A stretch of 64,000 nucleotides of DNA from Gemmatales bacterium. GTDB lineage: Bacteria > Planctomycetota > Planctomycetia > Gemmatales > HRBIN36. The stretch is taken from NCBI GenBank assembly GCA_041640595.1, contig JBEPZY010000003.1, positions 1-64,000 of the forward strand, in the 5' to 3' direction. The stretch's first letter is position 1. Each line of letters opens with the position of its first letter. The notes beneath the pieces are model-generated. The model saw nothing but the letters and a program-made list of their open reading frames with translations, was not told the DNA's origin and made no database searches. This document shows positions 29,880-40,251 of the stretch, piece after piece. The position numbers and the translations under genes were made by a program.

Positions 29880-30515
29880 TCAGCCCGTGCCGTCGAAATC
29901 TTTTTGCAAAGAGGTTCCGGCAAGGAGTTGCCGAAGTCGTTTGACTGCTCGGAGCCAGATCATTTGCACAGCCGGTCGGGAACGCTGCAAGCGCTGGGCG
30001 ATCTCCGCAAACGGCAGTCCCTGCAGATGCCGCCAGATAAGCACCTGCCGATACAGCGGCGGTAACTGCTCTAATGCCTGGTGTAACAGTGCCTCGCGTT
30101 CACGAGCAGCCAATTTATCCACGGGAGCCCAGGTATCAGCAGCGAGGTGGAGTTCCGCCTGCCCGGAATCGTCGTGGGTTTGCAGAGGAACTTCCTTCTT
30201 GAGCGAGCGCTTTTGTGCCTGATAAAGTCGCCGGGCGGCATCGTGGGCATTGTTTTCCAGAATCTGGCGGAGCCAGGCTAACAACTCGCCAGGACTTTTG
30301 CCGCGAAACGCCTCGAAGGCCCGATGAGCATCCAGCAAAGTTTGCTGCACCAGATCCGAAGCATCCAGCCGGGCTTCCGGAAAATGTCGGGCATACGCTC
30401 GCGCCATCAGCAAAAGGATACTTCGGCAGCGAGCGAAAAGTTCATTGCGAGCCCCATGCTCATCCCTGGCCTGGTGCAGTAACTTGGCCAGCAACGATTC
30501 GCTTTTCGGCCCCAT
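29880..30515 (-). CDS. ECF-type RNA polymerase sigma factor (planctomycete kinase-associated type)
   Basis: DASDLVQQT, FRGKSPGELLAWLRQIL, ALEQLP..YRQVL..GLPFAEIA..RS..AV..W.RA. Confidence 0.93.
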   Translation of the reverse strand: MGPKSESLLAKLLHQARDEHGARNELFARCRSILLLMARAYARHFPEARLDASDLVQQTLLDAHRAFEAFRGKSPGELLAWLRQILENNAHDAARRLYQAQKRSLKKEVPLQTHDDSGQAELHLAADTWAPVDKLAAREREALLHQALEQLPPLYRQVLIWRHLQGLPFAEIAQRLQRSRPAVQMIWLRAVKRLRQLLAGTSLQKDFDGTG

Positions 30516-30910
30516 CGGCGTTCTCCACCGATTATTCGGGCAGCCCAGGAATTATCATCGCAGTTTCCAGCATTCCTGGCAAGTATCGGAGGCAAGCCGA
30601 GAACGTGACCGCGATGCTGGGCCGAAATGCCAGGGCTAACAGTCAACCACGATCGGCCGGCTCAGGAAGCCGGTGCCGATCGATTGTGCGACACCGTATT
30701 GAACCGTTACCGCAAGCAGCGTTTCGCTTTACCGCGTGGACATGCTGGGCAGCTCACGGTCGCGCAAGCAGTTGCCGGGACCGACTGCCAGCGCCGTTTC
30801 GATTGACCGGGCCGGTATCCCTCTGGCTACCGGCCTGGTTCGGGGTAAGGCGAATGTTCGTGTTGGCAAAGATGGCGAGAATCACCGGCGATGCGGAAGT
30901 GCTCCGAGGT

Positions 30911-32425
30911 TCAGCGAGCGGTGTCGCTACTGCCGGGCGACCAGGGCAACCGTGCCGGTAAGCCAAGAATCCGAGCCAGCAGGTAGTAAACAATCGCCCC
31001 GGTCAGCAGTGAATAAACTCCCGTCGGGTGCGCTCGCCAGGTATGCCACCAGGTATCGGTCGCCTTGACGTCAATTCCTAACAGGGTGCCGACCATATCG
31101 TTGTTGCTGATGCCAACAAGGAAACCGACGAGCCAGGCACCGTAACCGGCCCAGTTAATTCCTTCGCGGGGCCCGGACCAATTACCGCCGGAAAGAGCGA
31201 AGTCGGCGATCATGGCGCCGATGACCGGTCCAAAACTCGCCCCGATCAGTCCGAAATAAGGTGCCAGCTGCGCCGAGGCTCCGGTCATGGCGATGAGAAT
31301 GCCGACCGTAGCGCCAGCCAGGGTGATCGGCAAGCGTGCTTGCGGGCGTGCCAGCATCGTGGAGAGACTGTTGCCGATGATGAACGAACAAAAACACGCC
31401 GGTGCCATCGAGCCAATGGCAAAGAGGATGAGCATGGTTTTGGCGAGCCAGTTCGGCTGACCGTTGCTGGTGTTGAGCATAGCCAGGGCATCGCCGTAGC
31501 GCAGCGACATTTTGCCAAACTCCCCGCCAGCACTGCCAAATGCCCCAGCCACGGTGACCAGTGCGAGCCCGGCGGTGAAAATCACAGCCAGCCAGATCCC
31601 GAACACGCCACCCCATTTCACGTCGTCCTCGTTGCGGTTATTGGAGCAGAAATCGGCACCGACCGCGCCAGCCGTGCCGAAAAAGCCCACCACCATCTGG
31701 ATGACGAACAGCGTGGCCAGGTTGATCGGGTCTATCACGTCCACACCCGCTTGTTGCTGAGTCTGACGGAAACCATCGAAGTTGCCGTAAAGCAACGCCT
31801 GCACGCTGCCAATCAGCAAAAGCAAAATCGGCACGATCGGGAAAAACTGGGCCACGCGAGCTACATACTGAATGCCCAGACCGCCAATCAGGGCAAAAGC
31901 GTAGCCCCAGACCAGGGCCATGCCGATGAACAACGGATCGAACTGGGGCGCGAGTTGCTCAGGCGGCAACTGTGAGAACGTTTTCGGGTCTTCCGGGAGT
32001 CCATACGGAGTAATGGCCGGCAAACCCAATCCATTGAGGATCAGTTTCGTCGAGTAATACGTGGCCACGCTGTACCAGCCGATCTGCAGCAGGCCCATGA
32101 AAATTCCCGGAATCAGAAAACCGCCACGGGCTCCGAAGGTGCTGGTGCCAACGATATAAAGCGGCAATCCCGTTTGCATGCCCAGCAGGCCCGGCACGTA
32201 GTAAAACAACAGATGACACGCTGCTCCGGCAAACACTGCCCCGATCAGGACCGCCCACAACCCGCCGTAGCGAAACGCCTCGCCCAGCTGATCGTAAAAC
32301 GCAATCCAGAGAAAAATCCCCGCGTAGCTCGGTGCGGTATTGACATACCAGGGAGCGCGTTGGTCTGGAGGAACCGGTGTGGCGGTACGCAGGTAGGCAG
32401 GAATCGCCGCATTGCCGTTGGCCAT
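30911..32425 (-). CDS. Cytosine/purine permease-like transporter (NCS1 family)
   Basis: Many TM helices; GMQTGLPLYIVGTSTFG, LQIGWY, FGPVIGAMIADF, GINWAG. Confidence 0.85.
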   Translation of the reverse strand: MANGNAAIPAYLRTATPVPPDQRAPWYVNTAPSYAGIFLWIAFYDQLGEAFRYGGLWAVLIGAVFAGAACHLLFYYVPGLLGMQTGLPLYIVGTSTFGARGGFLIPGIFMGLLQIGWYSVATYYSTKLILNGLGLPAITPYGLPEDPKTFSQLPPEQLAPQFDPLFIGMALVWGYAFALIGGLGIQYVARVAQFFPIVPILLLLIGSVQALLYGNFDGFRQTQQQAGVDVIDPINLATLFVIQMVVGFFGTAGAVGADFCSNNRNEDDVKWGGVFGIWLAVIFTAGLALVTVAGAFGSAGGEFGKMSLRYGDALAMLNTSNGQPNWLAKTMLILFAIGSMAPACFCSFIIGNSLSTMLARPQARLPITLAGATVGILIAMTGASAQLAPYFGLIGASFGPVIGAMIADFALSGGNWSGPREGINWAGYGAWLVGFLVGISNNDMVGTLLGIDVKATDTWWHTWRAHPTGVYSLLTGAIVYYLLARILGLPARLPWSPGSSDTAR

Positions 32426-32573
32426 GATTACTTCCCTCGTTGTCCTTGTGGCGAGCATATGCCCGCCACCCCCTTCGGGTAAGATGCCGACAGAATCGAG
32501 CCGTCGAGGATGCACCCGGCAGCATTGGCAGTATAACTAGCCTCAGCTTCGTGGCAAGCAGAAAGGGAGAAAT

Positions 32574-33986
32574 ATGTTCGGAATCGAATCCTGGCCGGCC
32601 TGGTGCGTGCTGGGTTCCCTGGTGGTATTGCTGTGGCTGATCATGCGGGTGCAGGTGCAGGCGTTTGTGGCCTTGCTGGTGGTCAGCATCGGACTGGGAT
32701 TGGCGACCGGTATGGAACCGGTGCAGGTCGTTCGCGCACTCGGACAGGGTGTTGGCGAGATTGCTCGAGAAGTGATTCTCGTGCTGGCTCTGGGAGCCAT
32801 ACTCGGCAGGGTACTGGAAGCATCTCGCGCTGCGGAAGTTTTAGCCGAGACGCTGCTACGCTGGTTCGGGGAAAAGCAGGCGCCGGTGGCGATCCTGCTA
32901 TCCGCTTACCTGATCGGCTTGCCGGTGCTGTTCAACGTGGGATTTCTGCTCTTGATTCCGATTGTGTATCGGCTGCACGAAAAAACCGGGCGTTCGCTAT
33001 TGGCCTATGGCCTGCCCATGGCGTTCAGCCTGGGATTAGTGCATTCTCTGGTACCTCCGCATCCCGGCATCGTGTATGCCGTGGGCGCCCTGCAGGGGAA
33101 CATCGTGGAGGTGATGCTGGGCGGTGCGCTCCTGGCGGTGCCGATGGCACTGGTCGGCTGGTTCGGTCCGGGTCGAGCCTGGGCGAATCGGCAGCATGTA
33201 ACCGTGCCCTCGGCTCTGCATCAGCCGGCGATCACCACCGCTTCACCCGCAGTACGGCATTTCTGGCAAGCCCTGCTCCTGGTGGTGTTGCCCCTGGTGT
33301 TGAGCACGCTGGGATTCGCCGTCGAGGTACTGGAACGGCAGAAGCAAATGCCGAACTGGCTTCGGCAGCCGCTGGCGCTTCCCGGTTCGCCCCTGGTGAC
33401 GCACAGCCTCGCGCAATGGGTGCGGTTTTTCGGCCATCCGGTCATGGCACTGGCCAGTTCGACGGCACTGGGCCTGGCCTGGTGCTGGTATTATGGCGGG
33501 ATGAATCGAGCTCAGCTGGCGAAATTAACCGCCCGCGGGCTGGAAGATGTCGGAGCGATGGCACTGTTGTTTTTGGCTGCCGGTGCTTTCAAACAAATCC
33601 TGGAAGCCTCCGGTGCAGGCAAACAGTTGGCCAGCTGGATCACCGCACTGCCGTTCAGTCCCGTGTTGCTTTGCTATCTGGTAGCAGTGGTTACGCGGAT
33701 TGCTCTGGGTTCTGCTACTGCTGCCATCGTTACAGCTGCTCCGTTACTGGCTCCCGTAACTGCTCTGTATCCGGGCCAGGAAACGCTTTTGATTCTGGCG
33801 CTGGCGTGTGGGATTACGTTCATGACCCAGCCGGCCGACAGCGGATTCTGGATGGTCAAGGAATATTTCAACCTCAGCGTCGCGGAAGTGATGATCCGGT
33901 TCAATGCCTGCCGAATTACCATGTCGCTGGTCGGCCTGATTTTGCTGGTGCTGATCGCCAGCCTGCTGCAACCAACCTCGCTCTAA
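32574..33986 (+). CDS. GntP family (gluconate/sugar-acid) permease
   Basis: HSLVPPHPG, AGAFKQIL..SG, RIALGSATAA, DSGFWMVKEYF. Confidence 0.93.
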   Translation: MFGIESWPAWCVLGSLVVLLWLIMRVQVQAFVALLVVSIGLGLATGMEPVQVVRALGQGVGEIAREVILVLALGAILGRVLEASRAAEVLAETLLRWFGEKQAPVAILLSAYLIGLPVLFNVGFLLLIPIVYRLHEKTGRSLLAYGLPMAFSLGLVHSLVPPHPGIVYAVGALQGNIVEVMLGGALLAVPMALVGWFGPGRAWANRQHVTVPSALHQPAITTASPAVRHFWQALLLVVLPLVLSTLGFAVEVLERQKQMPNWLRQPLALPGSPLVTHSLAQWVRFFGHPVMALASSTALGLAWCWYYGGMNRAQLAKLTARGLEDVGAMALLFLAAGAFKQILEASGAGKQLASWITALPFSPVLLCYLVAVVTRIALGSATAAIVTAAPLLAPVTALYPGQETLLILALACGITFMTQPADSGFWMVKEYFNLSVAEVMIRFNACRITMSLVGLILLVLIASLLQPTSL

Positions 33987-34012
33987 CCGCATGGGATTCG
34001 CCCAACCCGAAC

Positions 34013-34395
34013 AAGAACGGCGACCGTCAGCCCGCCGTGGGTTTCTAACCCTGGTGCAGTCGCGGAGGTTTACCACGGTGGGCTTACGCCCACCGCTCCT
34101 GGTTGGCGCAACGTGCGTTCGGCGAGCAAAAGCGACATTCGCGATGCACAAACGACAATTCGCAAGAGCGGCGACCGTCAGCCCGCCGTGGGTTAATCTC
34201 GCCCACATAAACCGTGCCTGGTACGCGGAAGACTGCCGATTGTGTACGAACGCGATTATGATCGCGTTATTGTTACCACGGGGGGCTTACGCCCACCGCT
34301 CCTGGTTGGTGTGCGGACGTCTGCCGGCAAAAAAACGATTTTTGCGATGCACGAACGCACAGTACTAGGAGCGGCGACCGTCAGCCCGCCGTGGG
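34013..34395. repeat. BIME/REPIN-like cluster of five alternating REP hairpins
   Basis: Forward copies near 34013, 34164 and 34366 (..GCGGCGACCGTCAGCCCGCCGTGG); reverse copies near 34073 and 34276 (CCACGG(T/G)GGGCTTACGCCCACCGCTCCT); lies between convergent genes. Confidence 0.92.
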
Positions 34396-34490
34396 TTGAT
34401 TAGGGGACGCCTGTTCAAGTGCAAACGTCTTCCGCGGTCAGCTTACGCCGATCGCTTCTCAGCCGCGTGTGCGGGATAAAGAGGCGGATG

Positions 34491-35948
34491 TCAGCTCAAG
34501 ATGCCCCAGATGATGTTGCCCTGAACGAGTTCACGGGGCTGCTTGAGGTGGTTGTACTGAATCATGTGCGGGTCGAGGCCGACGCTGTGGTAAATCGTCG
34601 CCAGCAGGTCGCACGGATGCACCGGATTTTCCAGTGGCGCAGAAGCGGTCTTGTCCGACTTGCCGTACACGAAACCGCGCTTGACTCCGGCACCGGCAAT
34701 GACAGCGGTGAAGCAATACGGCCAGTGATCGCGGCCATCGGCACTGTTGCCGTTGCCGGAAGTGCTGACGCCCCGCTGCGGGCTACGCCCAAACTCACCG
34801 ACTGCCACAACCAGCGTCTCCGACAGCAGCCCGCGCTGATCGAGGTCTTCGAGCAAAGCGGACAAGCCAGCGTCGAGCATCGGTGCGGACAGCCGTTTCA
34901 TCCGGTCGGGCAAACCAACGTGGTGATCCCAGGAATGGAGGTCGGAGTTGGCCACTTTCGGCCAGTTGACCTCGACGAATCGGCAACCGGCCTCCACCAG
35001 GCGACGTGCCAGCAGACAGCTCTGTCCAAAAGTATTCCGCCCGTACTTGTCGCGCAGGCTGGCTGGTTCCTTGCTCAGGTCAAACGCTTCCCGAGCCCGA
35101 CCGCTGACGATGAGGCTGAACGCCTGCTGATAGTAGGCGTCGGGATTGTATTTGGCGACAGCGCGTTCGAGTTCGGGCAGGCTTTCGTTGACCAGCTGGC
35201 GGAGACTGGCGCGGCGGGTGAGGCGTTCCGGCGACAGTTCCACGCGGATTTTCAGGTCATCCACGCGGATACGATCCATCTTGTTCATGTCGTTGTCGTC
35301 GCCGGGCGGGAACAGGTAGTAGGGATCGTAGGCTTTGCCCAAGAACCCGGCCGTGCCCCCCTTATTGATGACATTGGATTCCTGCAACGGCCGGGGCATC
35401 ATCACAAAGGGTAGCATGGGCACATCCGGCGGGCGATACTTGGCGATATTGCAACCGATGTGCGGGAAGTCTTTCGGACTGGGCGGTTCCAGCTGGCCGG
35501 ATGGGCTGACTTTGTCTGTGGTGTAACCGGTCAGCATCTGGTAAATCGCCGCCGTGTGATTGAACAGGCCCACCGGTGTGTAGCTCATCGTGCGGATGAG
35601 CGTTACTTTGTCGTTGACCTGAGCAAACCGTGGCAACACTTCGGTGAATTTGACGCCAGGAATTCTGGTATCAATCGCCTGGAAGACGCTGCGGACGTTG
35701 TCGGGAACGTTGTCCTTGGGGTCCCAGAGGTCAATATGACTGGGGCCGCCCTGCAGGTAAAGCAGAATCACGCTTTTCGCTTTACCAAAGCCGGGCCCGC
35801 CTCCGTTGCCGTTTTGCTTCGCCAGAGCTTCCGCGCGGAGCACATCGGCGAGCGTGAAACCGGCCAGGGATAACCCTCCAATGCGGAGCCAATCACGGCG
35901 GGTCATGCCGTCGCAGGTTGCTGCCACCGGACCGGGAATCACCAACAT
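34491..35948 (-). CDS. DUF1501 domain protein (Tat-like leader)
   Basis: [57 protein letters not shown]. Confidence 0.95.
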   Translation of the reverse strand: MLVIPGPVAATCDGMTRRDWLRIGGLSLAGFTLADVLRAEALAKQNGNGGGPGFGKAKSVILLYLQGGPSHIDLWDPKDNVPDNVRSVFQAIDTRIPGVKFTEVLPRFAQVNDKVTLIRTMSYTPVGLFNHTAAIYQMLTGYTTDKVSPSGQLEPPSPKDFPHIGCNIAKYRPPDVPMLPFVMMPRPLQESNVINKGGTAGFLGKAYDPYYLFPPGDDNDMNKMDRIRVDDLKIRVELSPERLTRRASLRQLVNESLPELERAVAKYNPDAYYQQAFSLIVSGRAREAFDLSKEPASLRDKYGRNTFGQSCLLARRLVEAGCRFVEVNWPKVANSDLHSWDHHVGLPDRMKRLSAPMLDAGLSALLEDLDQRGLLSETLVVAVGEFGRSPQRGVSTSGNGNSADGRDHWPYCFTAVIAGAGVKRGFVYGKSDKTASAPLENPVHPCDLLATIYHSVGLDPHMIQYNHLKQPRELVQGNIIWGILS

Positions 35949-36155
35949 GACACTTCCTCCGTTTAGCTGGGGGTCTTCGTCTCTGCCTTGCAGGCGGGGA
36001 TGCGTCGTCCTGGCAGCCGAACGACGCTGTGCGGGGATTCACCAGCAGACCCGTCTGCCGCATCGCTCATCAGCACCTGTCGGCAGACGTCTCGCCATTT
36101 TTATCTTATCGAATCCCCGGGACACTGGCAAGCAGAAAAAGAGCCGAGCCGCTTT

Positions 36156-38786
36156 TTAGCGAATGAAGCAGAATTCCTTGGCGTTGATCAGCGACCAGAG
36201 CAGGTTTTCGTAAGCGGTTTTGCGATTTTGCGGGCCGAGCCGTTCGATGTGTTCCAGGGCTACCTGAAGTTCGTCCGGCTGCGGTTTGCGTGCAAACGCC
36301 CAGAGGTAGATTTCCTCGACCTTGCTGCGTTCGTCACGGTTGGTATCGCGGGCGAGCAAGTCGGCCCGACCACCGCCGCGGGTCAATTTTGCCTGAATCT
36401 CGTCCGAATTGAGCAGATGCAGAACCTGGGCCAGGTTAGCGTCGTTGACCCGTTCGCATTCGCAAGCGCTCGCACGAGCGGGCTTGCCGAACACGGTCAG
36501 GAAGTAGTTGTTGTACGCTTCATCCGGCAGCTTGATGGCACGATTCGGGGCATGGCGATCCTGCGGCAGAGAATTGAACTGGCCGGGAGCGTTCAGCACC
36601 TGATTGACCGCATCGTAGAGCACCTCGGCGTTCATGCGTTGCGGATAAAAGCGAGCGAAATTCTTGCGGTCGAACTTGTTGAACTGATTGGGCAAGCTGC
36701 TGAGCTGATACGTCCGGCTCTTGCAGATGGTGCGGATCAGGTGTTTGAGACTGTAGCCGTGTTCGATGAAATCCCGCGCCAGGGCATCCAGCAGGGCTTC
36801 GTTACTGGGCGGATTGGTGATTCGCATATCGTCGGGCGGGTCCACGATACCGCGACCGAAGAAGTGGGCCCAGTAGCGATTGACCACGGCCCGCGCGAAG
36901 AAAGGATTGTCCTTCCGCGCCAGCCAGTCGGCCAGCAGTTGCCGGGGATCCTGGCCTGGCGGGACGTTCATCACCTCGCCGTCGAGCGGTTTGATCTGGG
37001 CCGGCTGACCGGTGCGTTTGTTGGCCACACTGCCATCGCGACGCACTGCGATCGCGTAAATTGTCCGCTGCTGACCATTGGTTTCCTGCCCGGGTAAGAC
37101 CAGCTCCTTGCGTTGTACGCGACCAAAGAAGGCCGCCAGTCCCCAGTAATCATCCTGGCTCCATTTCTCGAACGGATGATGATGGCATTGTGCACAGGCC
37201 AGCCGCAAACCCAGAAATACCTGGGCCAGGTCGTCCACGAACTGGCTCGGCTGCTCGATTTCCTTGTACCAGACCACAGGCGGATGGCTTTGCTCGTCGC
37301 CAGTTGCAGCAATGATCGCACGGGCAAACTGGTCGTAAGGCAAATCCTGCTGAATGGCCTGACGCAGCCAATCGTGAAACGCAAAGGTACCGAAAGTTCG
37401 GCTCGGGTCGCCGCGCCGTTTCACGCGAAGGATGTCCGCCCACTTGTTGGCGAAGAAGTAACCATACTCCGGACGCTCCAGTAATTGATCCACCAGTTTG
37501 TCTCGTTTGTTCGGATCGGTGTCAGCGAGGAAAGCCTGCACTTCCGCCGGTGTCGGCAGCGTGCCGCAAATCTGCAACGTGGCGCGACGGATAAACTCCT
37601 CATCCGTACAAAGCGGCGAAGGCACGAGGTTCAGCTCCCGCCATTTCTGTGCGGTGTGGACATCCACAAGGGTTTTCGGCTCAAACGACCAGCTCGGCAC
37701 TGTTCCGGGCAAGGGTACGACCACGCGGAAAACGGTTACGTGCCCCTGATAGCGTACCATAATAGCAGCGTCACCTGCCGCGCTATAGGTTCGCACCATT
37801 CCCTGCCCGTCCACGCTGGCCACTTCGATATCGTTACTTTCGTACTGAGCGCGGAAGGTCACATCTTCCACCGTGCCATCGCTGTAATGAGCCAGTGCTA
37901 CCAGCTGCTGGCTGGATTGCTGAGCGAGAATGCGTTTTTCCGGAAACACACTCACCCGCACCACCACCGGATCGCTGGGGCGACCCCACGGCATTCCCGC
38001 GATAATCCAGCGGCGAATCAGGCGATACTCCTCGGAATCTTTTTCGAGACGTTTGCCGCCACCATGCGGCATCTGACCCGTCGCTTTCAAGAGCAGCAGA
38101 CTGTTATCCGGCGCGGCCGGGAAAACGCGACGCCCTCGCGCCTCTTTGACAATGGCGTTGTAATCAATCTCCGGCTCGAAACCCAGAAGCGACAATTTGA
38201 ATCCGTTTTGTCCGGTGGACTTGCCATGACAGCCCCCGGCATTGCAGCCGAATTTGGTGAAAATCGGCACGATCTGGTTGGGGAAATTGATCGGCAGGGG
38301 TTCCTGCGTGTGCGTTACGCTGACCCGCAAACTTGCCGTCTTGTCGCCATAGCGGGCCACTACTTCGGTTTGCCCATCTGCCAGCGCCATCAGTCGCCCA
38401 TTGCTTACCCGGACTAATCTGGCATCGCCCACCTGCCACTGGATGGCGGGAGTAACATCCACCTGCCGCCCATCGTTTAACTCGGCCGTCACCACAACCT
38501 GACACGTGGCCTGCTCACCTTGCAAGCGAACTTCCGCGGGAAACACACTGAGCGCTTTGACCGCTGCCGGCGAAGGAAGAGAGGAAGAGGATGGATTCGG
38601 CTCTGCCGCACGTCCCAGGCCAACCGCAATCGCCAGCCCGATCAGCAAGCAGATCAGTTTTCCGCCACGCCGTCGCACTACGTGTCCCGCACGGGTGTTC
38701 AATCGCCTCAATCCCGGTAACGCGGTCTTGGGCGACCCGCCAACATTCCACGACATCGCCAGCAATGCTTGCTTGCATTGGCGCAT
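36156..38786 (-). CDS. DUF1549/DUF1553 protein with Ig-like (BIG2) domains (paralog of 3652-6315)
   Basis: [50 protein letters not shown]; start uncertain. Confidence 0.92.
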   Translation of the reverse strand: MRQCKQALLAMSWNVGGSPKTALPGLRRLNTRAGHVVRRRGGKLICLLIGLAIAVGLGRAAEPNPSSSSLPSPAAVKALSVFPAEVRLQGEQATCQVVVTAELNDGRQVDVTPAIQWQVGDARLVRVSNGRLMALADGQTEVVARYGDKTASLRVSVTHTQEPLPINFPNQIVPIFTKFGCNAGGCHGKSTGQNGFKLSLLGFEPEIDYNAIVKEARGRRVFPAAPDNSLLLLKATGQMPHGGGKRLEKDSEEYRLIRRWIIAGMPWGRPSDPVVVRVSVFPEKRILAQQSSQQLVALAHYSDGTVEDVTFRAQYESNDIEVASVDGQGMVRTYSAAGDAAIMVRYQGHVTVFRVVVPLPGTVPSWSFEPKTLVDVHTAQKWRELNLVPSPLCTDEEFIRRATLQICGTLPTPAEVQAFLADTDPNKRDKLVDQLLERPEYGYFFANKWADILRVKRRGDPSRTFGTFAFHDWLRQAIQQDLPYDQFARAIIAATGDEQSHPPVVWYKEIEQPSQFVDDLAQVFLGLRLACAQCHHHPFEKWSQDDYWGLAAFFGRVQRKELVLPGQETNGQQRTIYAIAVRRDGSVANKRTGQPAQIKPLDGEVMNVPPGQDPRQLLADWLARKDNPFFARAVVNRYWAHFFGRGIVDPPDDMRITNPPSNEALLDALARDFIEHGYSLKHLIRTICKSRTYQLSSLPNQFNKFDRKNFARFYPQRMNAEVLYDAVNQVLNAPGQFNSLPQDRHAPNRAIKLPDEAYNNYFLTVFGKPARASACECERVNDANLAQVLHLLNSDEIQAKLTRGGGRADLLARDTNRDERSKVEEIYLWAFARKPQPDELQVALEHIERLGPQNRKTAYENLLWSLINAKEFCFIR

Positions 38787-39011
38787 AATCATCCCCCTTG
38801 GCGTAAAGACGGCAGCGTTTCGGAAAAGCAATGCGTTCTCGGCAGGCGTTCGCAGGCGGGTTGAATGTTCGGCTAGTGTCCGGGCTGGACAGCCCTGTTC
38901 GCAGTAATAATCACTCAACAGCGTCAGGCTTTTATGCTATCTTACAAGCCGATTGTCAGGACGTGAAGTCCGGCTGGGGGGAAAACCAGAGTGTATTGGT
39001 CGCGCCGTCGG

Positions 39012-40076
39012 CTACTGGGCACGAGACCGGCTGCCTGAAGGCGAACCGGCAATGGGCATGCCAACCGGCAACGGTCGAGCGGCCACCGTGTAGCCTGCCT
39101 GATACGACCAGTCGCGCAAAGCCCGATACAGCGGAATGCTTTCGGGATAAACGAAGAAAGTCAGCACGGCGGTTTCCGGTGGCACCTGGGCCAGCAAACG
39201 ACGAAAAACCGAAGACTCGCTCAGGGCTTGTTCGAGTGTTTCGCCGCGAATGGCCTGCATCGGCACGACTTCCCAGTAAGCCAGGCCGGCAGAAAAATAG
39301 CGGGGATCCGCCGGCCCCTGCTCGCGGAACAGCCAATCCAGCGGCGAATCGGCATTCCGAACGATTCGATACTTCAGTGCAAATGCTCCGTGCTGGCTGG
39401 TTTGCCCCTCCACCGACCAGCGATAACGCAACTGCTCGAGATGTTCCGGAAACTTCTGCCGCACTTCCTGCAAAAGCCCCGCCAGGTCAACAGGCGTTAC
39501 TCGCTGCTGGTAACACTCGAAATATACTTCGTGGGAAAACACCGGCCGACTCACGGGCAGCCAGTAATGCAAAGCTCGCACCTCTCGCCGCGACACTGTC
39601 GGCAACGTAGCCGCCTGTTTCTCGCTCAGCCTTTGCAAACTTTGCTCGAGCTCGCGCAACTGTTGCTCCAGCTCTTTCACGGACGCCGACCAGCGATGCC
39701 ACTGTTGCTGCGTCCGGTCGGATTGTTCCTGCCAGTGTCGCCGTTGGTACTCGGCAGCCAGCAGAGATTGTGTTTCGGCAGCAAGGTGGAGTTTCGCCAG
39801 TTCCAGCCGCTGGCAATAGCTTTGCCATTGCTGCCGGGCCGATTCCAGTTGCCGGACTGTTTCCTGCTGGTTGTCCGCTTCCGATACCGATGGCGAAGTC
39901 GCTGCGAGCACGGGATTTTCGACCGGCTTCGGTGAATCTTCCAGGGCAACTCGTCCCGACCAATCCCTGATGCGTGCGGCCACCAGAACGACCAGGATCA
40001 ACACGATCCCCACCAGGTTGCTCAACACGTCGAGAAACGAATCCGAGCCGAAAAAGGTATCTCCGTTTCGCCGCAT
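39012..40076 (-). CDS. Single-TM coiled-coil protein, ExbD/TolR/MotB-like partner (TM Asp present)
   Basis: DSFLDVLSNLVGIVLILVVLV, coiled coil, C-terminal alpha/beta domain; GGAGG RBS. Confidence 0.75.
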   Translation of the reverse strand: MRRNGDTFFGSDSFLDVLSNLVGIVLILVVLVAARIRDWSGRVALEDSPKPVENPVLAATSPSVSEADNQQETVRQLESARQQWQSYCQRLELAKLHLAAETQSLLAAEYQRRHWQEQSDRTQQQWHRWSASVKELEQQLRELEQSLQRLSEKQAATLPTVSRREVRALHYWLPVSRPVFSHEVYFECYQQRVTPVDLAGLLQEVRQKFPEHLEQLRYRWSVEGQTSQHGAFALKYRIVRNADSPLDWLFREQGPADPRYFSAGLAYWEVVPMQAIRGETLEQALSESSVFRRLLAQVPPETAVLTFFVYPESIPLYRALRDWSYQAGYTVAARPLPVGMPIAGSPSGSRSRAQ

Positions 40077-40251
40077 ACGATGCCCTCCGCGCGGACTGTT
40101 TCGGCAATGCAGCAGTAGCCCGCAAGATGCAACCAGCGGCAGCCAGCCACGCTCATGCCTTCTCGGTCGGGCTCACCGTTGGGGTTGCCCGGCGACTGGT
40201 GGCCATGTCTTGCCAGCCTGGGGTCGGTACCGTTGGGCCACACATTGTCGC

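Noticed and set aside
32603..34048. Long alternative-frame and antisense ORFs (e.g. 32603-34048, 16591-18024, 20688-21752, 35988-37097, 61810-62856)
   Set aside because: Shadow ORFs of well-supported genes in high-GC DNA.
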